The notes below the pieces were generated by a model that did no database searches, was not told where the DNA came from, and worked only from the letters and a program-made list of their open reading frames with translations. Positions 53,499 to 64,000 of a stretch of 64,000 nucleotides of DNA are shown piece after piece; within the stretch, counting starts at the first letter, position 1, and every line of letters starts with the position of its first letter. Source of the stretch: Octopus bimaculoides (Eukaryota); the NCBI RefSeq assembly GCF_001194135.2, contig NC_069000.1, forward strand, positions 39,574,936 through 39,638,935, in the 5' to 3' direction. The position numbers were made by a program, and so were the translations under genes.

Positions 53499-55937
53499 NN
53501 NNNNNNNNNNNNNNNNNNNNNNNNNNNNNNNNNNNNNNNNNNNNNNNNNNNNNNNNNNNNNNNNNNNNNNNNNNNNNNNNNNNNNNNNNNNNNNNNNNNN
53601 NNNNNNNNNNNNNNNNNNNNNNNNNNNNNNNNNNNNNNNNNNNNNNNNNNNNNNNNNNNNNNNNNNNNNNNNNNNNNNNNNNNNNNNNNNNNNNNNNNNN
53701 NNNNNNNNNNNNNNNNNNNNNNNNNNNNNNNNNNNNNNNNNNNNNNNNNNNNNNNNNNNNNNNNNNNNNNNNNNNNNNNNNNNNNNNNNNNNNNNNNNNN
53801 NNNNNNNNNNNNNNNNNNNNNNNNNNNNNNNNNNNNNNNNNNNNNNNNNNNNNNNNNNNNNNNNNNNNNNNNNNNNNNNNNNNNNNNNNNNNNNNNNNNN
53901 NNNNNNNNNNNNNNNNNNNNNNNNNNNNNNNNNNNNNNNNNNNNNNNNNNNNNNNNNNNNNNNNNNNNNNNNNNNNNNNNNNNNNNNNNNNNNNNNNNNN
54001 NNNNNNNNNNNNNNNNNNNNNNNNNNNNNNNNNNNNNNNNNNNNNNNNNNNNNNNNNNNNNNNNNNNNNNNNAAGCAATTATTAATCAGTTAAGTGTCCG
54101 CTAATGTATATATATATATATATATATGTACATATATAAATATATGTAAGCGTGTATGTACGTATATATGTATGTGTATATGCATGTTTGCATGTATGTA
54201 TGTATGTATTCCATAGCATAGGTGTTGTTTATATTTTATCTCCAGATAGTCTTTTCTGCAGATGGCATTTTATATTGTTTCAGCAGCAATAACCAAAAAC
54301 ACTGCTGACATTCTACTCGTCACACGTGACATCAGAAACACAATAAACCAAGATTTTTGCTCAGAAATCGAAAGACAAGATTAATAATGACGGAAATAAA
54401 ATGAAGTAATTTAAAATAGTATAATCTCATTAACATTTGAATGAAACGAAAAAACCTAATGATGCATATATGAATAGTTCCATAAACAATGATGTCAACG
54501 TTACACACCAAAAATTGGACAGGTCAGCTGAAAGGAAGTCTTCACATCATACCTCTACCGTTACGCCATTACTAAGATATTACATCTTGCGGATGGAAGT
54601 TTGGCTCAAAATTCAATGTGATTACATGTTAAAATGGGTAATGTGTCAGTGCAGGTACATGAATATGTTGTTAGTATTTCTCGTTTGATTTAATGTGCTG
54701 GTCTAAAGAAAGGGCATTTATCACAGTCTTCGCAGATTTAGTAAAACCGTTTATAGTTTTGACCAACTACAATTCTAAGTCTGCACGGAAAGCACGGGCA
54801 AGGAGCATATCCCAGAGACTTGACCTTCTGGGACGAAAACACTGGAGACGTTGGTTAGTGGGGGGGGGGCTTTGAGTGAAAAACACAACCGTAGGGCCGA
54901 GAATGGGAAAAGATGAGTGGTTTGAGTGGAGTTGACACGGGAACATCCAACTCATATGCGCGCTAGCACTAGAACAAGAGGGGCAAGAAGCCAGGATATA
55001 TATGAACCAAAGACTGGAGTGTGTTATTGAGCGAGATCTGGTCTATGATCTCCAGTAGTCATTTACAGGATGTGGTCTTGGAAGCTGATTTAGTGATCAT
55101 TCAAACTTCATCACTGTAAGTTAAATTTCAGAAGGAAATCTAAAATTGGAGGAAGATTCAGTAGGTTGAAAAAATAGTTAATAATACACAATTTAGTTGG
55201 GTTACATAATTTCGGAGTTAGCAGACGTGCAGGTTGAGAATGAGATTGGATTAGATGGTGAATGCATAAATTACTAAATTATCTTCATAATACTTAGGTA
55301 AACAAAATCAATTTTTACATTAAAAAATAATAGGGTATCTAATCCTAGTTTATTTTCAAAATTTCAAAGTATCAATATTAAAGAAACAAATAATAAACAA
55401 ATTAATTTAAAATTTTGCCAAAAAATTAATCATAAAACTCTCTCAAATTAATCACATTTTACTTTACTTTCAACCAAAACATTTTAATTTTAATTATATG
55501 TATAACCGCAGATGCTGGCATAAATTTATCCAATCATAACTCATAATTTCTATATAAAACTCTCATTCATTGTATAAATTAATATACTGAAAATATNNNN
55601 NNNNNNNNNNNNNNNNNNNNNNNNNNNNNNNNNNNNNNNNNNNNNNNNNNNNNNNNNNNNNNNNNNNNNNNNNNNNNNNNNNNNNNNNNNNNNNNNNNNN
55701 NNNNNNNNNNNNNNNNNNNNNNNNNNNNNNNNNNNNNNNNNNNNNNNNNNNNNNNNNNNNNNNNNNNNNNNNNNNNNNNNNNNNNNNNNNNNNNNNNNNN
55801 NNNNNNNNNNNNNNNNNNNNNNNNNNNNNNNNNNNNNNNNNNNNNNNNNNNNNNNNNNNNNNNNNNNNNNNNNNNNNNNNNNNNNNNNNNNNNNNNNNNN
55901 NNACCCACTAAGGGATAGTATCTATCCAATATACTGC

Positions 55938-55965
<28 letters not shown>

Positions 55966-55968
<3 letters not shown>

Positions 55969-56139
55969 GGATTAAGTCGATTAGATCGACGCCAGTGCGT
56001 AACTGGTACTTATTTAATCGACCCCGAGAGGATGAAAGGCAAAGTCGACCTCGGCGTAATTTGAACTCAGAACGTAAAGACACACGAAATGCCGCTAAGC
56101 ATTTCGCCCGGCGTGCTAACGTTCCTGCCAGCTCGCTGG
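55966..56139 (-). mobile_element. GTCGAC-family SINE
   Basis: Reverse complement closely matches 45605-45775. Confidence 0.85.
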
Positions 56140-57218
56140 CTTACTTCCCGTAGATAATGAAATTATATGGACCAGTTTGATGGGGCAAATGTTGGAGATG
56201 CTGACTTTCGGCATTTGTCGTGTCCACAACTGAACGAAATTTGCAACTGAATATTTTACAAAATTACCGCTGCCCCTTTTCGAAGAGATGGTACATCTTA
56301 CTGCTTCAAGAATGTAATTCATGTGATAAAATGTACATGTGAGGGGCTATCGAAATAGAAACCTGCTTTATACATGAGAAGTTCTATGCTGCTGGTAGAA
56401 CGATTCTGTGAAGACTTTTATACAAGGGAAGCACGAAATCAGTGATTTTCAAATGATGGTTGACTCTAGTTGTATGTTATAATTGTTACGACACAGATCA
56501 GATTTATGAGAAAAAATCTCATTGAGATTTTAAAAGCTTTTATTTTATAATGTTTATTCGTCAATTAAACGCGGGCCTAATTGAATAAAGAATCTGAAAA
56601 ACTAGATTCAATTTAATTATATGAATTAATCAAGTATATATTTTCGTTCAAGCAATAAATAAATTTTATAAATTGTTTATTGCTTGTTGTATATCAATAT
56701 AACTGGGGTTTTTTTTATGAATTGGTAGATGGTATGCAGGAAATTGATAAAAATAAATGCTGCCATGTTAATGTAGATTCACAAAGGGAAATTTAAAGAC
56801 ACCTAAGTAATCAGCTGCGTGGAAAGATCCATCTCCAATGAAAATACAGAGTGTATTTATTGTTCAGAATGATCTCATCTTATGATGAATTAAATTGTTT
56901 CTGCAGAAGATGCGCAGATTATATCAGAATTACTTCCTGATGAAATTGAAAAGGGATAGAGTTATTTGACGTGGTTTAGAACATACGATTTGAGAAGTGC
57001 TTCCAGCTTACAAAATTTTCTGTGGTAAGGAACATATCCGTGTGCCTCTATGCGTGTATATGTGTGTTTTTATTGAAATACATGCACACACACATATGTA
57101 TGTATATAAGTACGTATGTATGCATGTATGTATGTATGTATATATATGTCTCTGTGTGTATGTGTGTATATCTATGTATGTATATACATGTCTCTATATG
57201 TATATGTGTATATCTATG

Positions 57219-57251
<33 letters not shown>

Positions 57252-57669
57252 NNNNNNNNNNNNNNNNNNNNNNNNNNNNNNNNNNNNNNNNNNNNNNNNN
57301 NNNNNNNNNNNNNNNNNNNNNNNNNNNNNNNNNNNNNNNNNNNNNNNNNNNNNNNNNNNNNNNNNNNNNNNNNNNNNNNNNNNNNNNNNNNNNNNNNNNN
57401 NNNNNNNNNNNNNNNNNNNNNNNNNNNNNNNNNNNNNNNNNNNNNNNNNNNNNNNNNNNNNNNNNNNNNNNNNNNNNTATATATAGGAATATAAAAGGAG
57501 CAAAAATACTGGAGATTCAGTATACACGACGTGGCAAAATTATGAAAACAATTTTGTACAGAACGTACATTTTGAAACTTAAAAAAAGCAGAAATTGCAA
57601 CAAGCAGAAGCTGCAACAAGCGGAAAAGGCGTTACAGCCATATCTGTCAAGACGTTACTTACCTTGCTA

Positions 57670-57830
57670 GAGGGAGATAGTATCTGGTTTCGAACGGAGG
57701 AGAAAGCCAGGCAGCATTCTGTGATCTTCCTTAGGACAGACGAGGTGGTTCTTTTGCCAGTTTACCTTGGAAGGCGTGCTTCCAGGGTAAGGGTGGAAGA
57801 GGTTGCCTGGCTTGTGGCGGCGATATTGTG
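57670..57830 (+). pseudogene. Fragment of a second, diverged member of the ORF1 family at 59116-60495
   Basis: WFRTEEKARQHSVIFLRTDEVVLLPVYLGRRASRVRV..WLVAAIL aligns with RFTTEEEAIKHSTEAIRTE*WVLLPS*CGKCVAKVRV..WLMTAIT. Confidence 0.8.
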
Positions 57831-59115
57831 ACAATGATTTTGCTATCTACAATCCAACGTTTGTATCTTTGGTAGGAACCAACTTCTTCTTCAGACTAAG
57901 TATTCATATAATTAAAAACAGAATATAAATACCGAAATACATACATACAGACATACATACACGCATACATATAAACACATACTTACATGCATACACACAC
58001 ACGCTTATATACATGCATACTCACATACCTACATACATGTATAGACACATACATACATAGTTGCATACTACATAATCAAAATACATATACATACGCATTT
58101 GCGAAGGTTGAGTCGTGTTAAGAATTCTGTTCACCCGCTGGTCACATTCATCTCAGCAAAATATAATCAACAGTAGCGTTATAATTTGAAAGATATGGTA
58201 ATAAATTAGCTCTTTCACAGCAATGTGTTATTTACTGGCGAAGTAGAGTTTAATTTCTAAATCCTATTAAAATACATTTTCCATGTCTTCACACGTCTGG
58301 AGGTGCAGAACAGAACGCTTGCTTTGCATAGAATCCGAAATACATGCTTTATATTTAAATTCCAAAATACAGAGCAACCGTAACTCTTTCGAAAGACATC
58401 ACAGGAAATGTTTTATTCAACTGATGCAATTTCAAATGAAATTTAAGACAAGATATATAAACTGTGTTGAGGCTAATGATATTTCAGAGCTTATAGAATA
58501 TAGACTGGTATTTCCGCCTAGTGCAAGTTTAAAATCTCTCACCAGACTACAACAAGGGATGCTAGATCTACTAAAGATAAAGATAAATCAATGAGTGGAT
58601 ATTTATATATTTGCCAGGGTGGACGATGACAGAATTCATAGAATAGCAGAGAAATTAATTTGCAGAATGAATTTATATTTCTTCCTTTATGTTCGAAACT
58701 TCCTTGGGGAGTATTTTGCCTTTCATAAGGAATTGAGAAAATATTTAACTGATAAGATTTAATCGACTGTAATTGTCTGTCGAAATCTGTGACCATTTAA
58801 CATAATTAAGTGTAGTAGAATACCAAAAGCACTAAAGAGTCGAAGAAAATATTTATGTTTGATGTTGAATCTCACTTGAGTTCGCATCTGCCTTTCATTC
58901 CTCTGTGTCGAGAAATAGTAATAGACTAGAGTTAATTTTGAATGACTACAGTGTTTCGTCAGTGTAAAGAAAAAAATCATTATTTCTGTATTTCAAGAAT
59001 TATATGCCCCGCGGGAAGTTTTCGTTTCTCAATCATTTGGATGCATAAATCGTTAATCTTGCTTGATTACAAAATTGTTTGAATTGTTGCCGTTGTTGAT
59101 TCGTTAATTGTTATT

Positions 59116-60495
59116 TTGTTTCCTATTGTGGGGAAAATTGAGAATGCGCCGGAGGCAGGCCCAAGCTATGTGGACGCAACGGGCAAAGGAGTTGACGCGC
59201 GAGAATTGGAGGTCCGTGAGATAAAAGTGGAGCCTAGAAAGGTGAAGGAGAGTGAGAAATTAATCACGAAGCAAGGAAACACTTTGAAGTTAACACTACC
59301 TGAAGAGCTATCGGCCAATGTGACAAAAAAAATGGTTATATTTCAAACCATGAAGGCAGCCACGAGAAAGATAGAGATTGCACCAATAGAGGCCATACAG
59401 GAATGTGTTAAGAATATAAAAAGATTCACAACATACATTACGAGAGAGAGAAGTTACGTCACTGGGGAGGTGCGCTTTACAACGGAGGAGGAAGCAATAA
59501 AGCACTCCACAGAGGCAATAAGGACAGAGTAATGGGTGCTCTTGCCTTCGTAGTGCGGTAAATGTGTGGCCAAGGTGCGAGTGCGTAAGGTGCAACCCGA
59601 ATTGAAAGAAGAATGGCTGATGACAGCCATTACGTATAATATGGAAGACGGGAAGATTCTGAAGGCTACAAGAACCCAGAAGGTGAACTACTGGGGATAT
59701 GGTATCGAATTAACGATTCAGGCAACAACGGAGGACTTGAACAGTGTGGTGGATGAGATTGTGCCGCCAGAAGATGTGAAGCTGAGAGTTACTGTGGAGG
59801 GTAGGCCACCAGTGTGTTTCACATGTGGAGAAAGGGGCCACATGAAGGCATGGTGCACCCAAAGAAAGCCACAAACAGAACAGGAGGAGAGAGATGAGAG
59901 TGTGGACCAAGTAGTACAGGACAAGGCAACAGAAAAAGAAACAGAAGAGGAAGCGGAGAAGGGATTCACTATGGTTAAGAAGAAACGGAGGGGGAGCGGA
60001 GGAATGAGTTCTCCGCCAGAGAAGCAGAAAAAGAAGAGAGAAGAGGTGAGAAAAGAAGCTGTGAAGGAGGGCAGTAGGAAGGAAAAAGAAAGTAAAAAGA
60101 AAGTGGAGTTACCAGTGGAGAAAGTGTCGGAAACCCAACTGTATGAGGGTAAGATGGAGAGACTATTTATGGGGGAAGAAAAGAGAGAACCAAAAGTCTG
60201 AGAGAAAGGAAAGAAGATACGAGGAGGAGAGGGAGTGTGGTATTATGTAACGTACCCAAATAATGTTGAAACAGAGAAAAAGATAATCAAGTTTCATTCA
60301 ATAGTAAGATTGAAGGTGCCGTCATACATATACACAGAGGATATGAAGGCAATATTGATCGAAGAAGAGAACTACAGAAAGTTGAAAGAGATGTGTGGAG
60401 ATAGCATTGACCCACCAGGAGTGGAGGTGGAATTTAAAGAGTTACCACCAGTGGTGGATTTGAGAGATATCGAACCACTGATGAAGTTCTACTAA
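59116..60495 (+). pseudogene. L1/Tx1-like ORF1 (gag-like) with a CCHC zinc knuckle; one frame of ~459 codons broken by three stops
   Basis: ORFs 59116, 59566 and 60235 share a frame; stops at 59530, 59551, 60199; CFTCGERGHMKAWC at 59815-59856 preceded by LRVTVEGRPPV; followed by an E/K-rich region. No RT ORF follows. Confidence 0.8.
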
Positions 60496-60731
60496 AGACA
60501 AAAAAAAAGTATGAAATTAAAGGTAAAAAAAGAACAATTGTAGATAATACATATAACGATTAAAATGGTACTGCATGGGAGCGGGGCCCATGCGTCCATT
60601 TTCATTTTTTCATTTTTATATAACTTTAATCTCATTTACATTCGTTTTATTTTAACTTGTCCCCACTTTGGTCTTGTCTCTCCTTGTGGTGTCTCCATCT
60701 ATGTTTAGGGCTTTATGCTTAATAAAGAAAT

Positions 60732-60897
60732 TGGTATTTCGTCTGTCTTTACGTTCTGAGTTCAAATTTCGCAGAGGTCGACTTTGCTTTCATCCTTTTA
60801 TGGTCGATAAATTGAGTGCCAGTTGCGTACTAGAGTCGATCTAATCAACTGGCCCCTTCCCCAAAAAATTTCGGGCCTTGTGCCTAGAGTTGAAAAG
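60732..60897 (+). mobile_element. 5'-truncated GTCGAC-family SINE directly after the ORF1 element
   Basis: GGTATTTCGTCTGTCTTTACGTTCTGAGTTCAAATTTCGCAGAGGTCGAC...GGCCCCTTCCCCAAAAAATTTCGGGCCTTGTGCC. Confidence 0.8.
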
Positions 60898-61254
60898 ATT
60901 ATACAGCTATAACACTTCAACATTCAAAAGCAAATAAATATTACGAATCTGTCCAAAATTTGCAAAATAAATGCAAATAAAATTTTAAAAATCAAATATT
61001 TAATTATCGAAATATCGAATTGATTGATAAGAAAGTAAAAATTTTCAAGTCAGTCGATATTTTTTCAATAAAATATAAAATGATAAAGATCCAAATTAAA
61101 ATAACTTTTTATCATTTATCGGGAACGTTTTATCGCAAACGTCGTACAGCATACAGCCTTAGGCATCGATTGAAACAACTTGTTTCAATATTATTCATAT
61201 AAATGTTATATAATCACGCACGCATGCGCATACACAGATATATATATATAACTT

Positions 61255-61440
61255 TATCTTCTTTCAGTCATTTAACTGCGGCCATGCTGGGGCACCGCCT
61301 TGAGAGGTTTTAGTCAAAAGCATTGATCCCCGGACTTATTTTATTTTAAACCTGGTGCCTTTCTCTCGGCCTTTCTGACCGAACTGCTAGGTTACGGGGA
61401 CGTAAACACACCAACAATGGCTATCAAGCGGTGGTAAGAC
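61255..61440 (-). mobile_element. OR/CORE-like SINE 3' module
   Basis: TTTCAGTCATTTAACTGCGGCCATGCTGGGGCACCGCC...GTTACGGGGACGTAAACACACC. Confidence 0.75.
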
Positions 61441-63630
61441 ACACGCACGTATATGCATATGATGTATATACATATATAATATAAACCAAAATAAGCACAT
61501 ATATGTGAAACACGGTCGGAAAAAATAGTACTCGAATACTGGAGTAGGATACAATAGATGGCTCAGAAGAATACAAAACATATACATGAGCTTCAGAAAA
61601 TTCCTTTAAGTCTGTAAAGTAATGAATTACATGACATAATGTTTTTAATTGACTCTGAAAGGATGAAAGCCCAAGCGAATTCAACAGAATTTGAATTAAG
61701 AACATGAAAATGAACGAAATACCACTAAGCAAAAGGTAAAACTAATCAATATATACAGATTGTAACAAATGTTTTCAGGAAATTCTTATTACCTATGTTA
61801 AGGAATTGCAGCAATAGTTTGTGACTTCGTTCTAAGATAGTAATTTAGTTGTTAGCATGCCGAGCAAAATGCTTAGCGCCATCTCATCCCTTTTTGTTTT
61901 ACGTTCTGAGTTCGAATTCTGCTGTGGTTGGCTTTGTCTTTCATCGGTTTGGGATAGATAAATTAAGTTCTAGTTAAGCACTGAATTCGAAGTAGTCTAT
62001 TTATCCATTCCCTTGAACTTGCTGGCCGAACTAAAATTTGGAACCTACCTTTGACTTCATTCCAGAAAGAAAATTTTCTAGGCTTCAGGATTGTCCATAA
62101 AGTTAACAAACAATACATAGACTCTTGTTGTCTACATCAATTTCATACTATGCAAGGTATGCTGAAATTTTCTTTCATAGAATCTCACGCATATACATAA
62201 TCCTTTTTATCTCATTTTCAAGTTTTTTTAAGGTCAGCATTTTCACACCGGCTCTATTTGCTTAAAGCACAATGAAAGTCTACCGAGCATATTTTGCGGA
62301 CAGTCTAACAAAATCTATCCATTTGACACTCACGAGTAATGGACTATCTATGTCATAGAGAATATTTTTGGAAGCTAGTTTGACGACGAAACAAGGGCCT
62401 TTTGATACTACCTTACATATTTGTGCCCATCTAGCATAAACGTGTTCTGCAGAGCCTATCATGTGAGAAACATTAATGCTCCAATCAAAATTAATGAAAT
62501 GAAATTTACATGAAATAATAACTGTTGCTAGCTGTTCTGATATATTTGTTTTCAACATTAAGTTTATCTCTCACAATCAATTTCCTAATGCACTGAATAT
62601 TATCCTTTGAATGCAATCTAATCACAAAGACAATCAGCATATTCTTTATTACATTCTCTAAAATTGCATTGTCCTCATGCTGAGCAATAAAACATGTTAA
62701 TGCCAATTCTGACAGCAATTAAACTAGGACTACCTGAAAAAGGAAATCAACAAAATATTTGAATTCCGGTTTATGTTGCAAAGTTCTAAAGCAATATACT
62801 CTTTTGTCCTTGCTCATTTTTATCGGAAAAAAATCAAGTGTGAACTGGTTTATAATGTCTCTTTGCGAAAGAAATCCATCCCATCAATATTTCAGAACGG
62901 AAGCTGCTTTATAACCTCACTCCTTTTCAGATCTTGCTAAATCTTTCATTTCCTATTTCTTGAAAAGGCGCTTGCTCCCATTTACGCTGTTCTGATGCTG
63001 AGTTAACATTCTTAATGAGGTGAAACAGAAAATACACATTTAAAAATGTAGCCGCGATAAAGTGAAATATAATAACATACATTACTGCACAATAAACTCC
63101 AACAGTAAGATAAAATTCAACACATGCTCGCCTCTTTAATTTAGTTTTAAAGCGCGTATTTCCATCAGGCAAATAATTAGTGGCCGAATCAGTGTAAGCA
63201 TGAGCCAACAGAAGTTGCTATGTTGTATGCTTAGCATAAATTTTAATAAATGGTTGTTATACGTTTGACCAGATATTATAATATAAACCAACGTATTCAA
63301 CGTGTAAACAACGTAGATTATATAGCTTGCAAAAGAAATTATTCATCAGCGGTTTTATTAATATAATTCATTGTGCACAAAATTGGCTTCTCAGAAGCTG
63401 AAGTTATTTACAACAATAAACAAAGACACAATTTGGTGAAGAAAATATTAAGTTGTATTGATAAATTACATCAAAATTTGCATGTAATGGCTATGGTCAC
63501 CACCTCATTTAAATATAAATATTCATTAGTATAACTTCTGACGATTAATTAAGTTCAGAGAAAAGAAAATATGTGTGAGAAATACGTCAAGATTTCTTTT
63601 CCATAGCCCCATGAAAACAAAACTGTCTGT

Positions 63631-64000
<370 letters not shown>

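Noticed and set aside
54690-55060. Purine-rich segment resembling retroelement ORF1
   Set aside because: Does not align with the 59116 family; all frames interrupted.
62927-63217. ORF with a hydrophobic segment suggesting a GPCR helix (- strand)
   Set aside because: Single hydrophobic stretch in AT-rich DNA, no GPCR motif, no consistent neighbouring exons.

Overview
AT-rich, microsatellite-saturated animal genomic DNA from a gappy short-read scaffold (20 N-gaps, most bordered by (TA)n/(CA)n). The repeat complement resembles a coleoid cephalopod, probably Octopus; this is recalled similarity, not a database hit. I found no intact host gene and all long ORFs in the track are gap or microsatellite artefacts. 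Recognisable coding remnants are all transposon-derived: a hATm-like transposase N-terminus (9.1-10.2 kb), a HERO/R2-type endonuclease C-terminus (30.9-31.1 kb), a FLYWCH-MULE transposase pseudogene (45.8-47.1 kb), a Penelope RT-linker fragment (50.2-50.4 kb) and an L1/Tx1-like ORF1 with a zinc knuckle but no ORF2 (59.1-60.5 kb, second fragment at 57.7 kb). At least three tRNA-headed SINE groups occur in many copies. The most interesting signal is a set of minimal type I hammerhead ribozyme motifs from several unrelated repeat families. One family joins a tRNA-like Pol III head, a trinucleotide spacer and a hammerhead tail, and occurs twice as a head-to-head palindrome (231-869 and 63631-64000). 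A second, unrelated foldback element (38.6-39.4 kb) has a similar layout.
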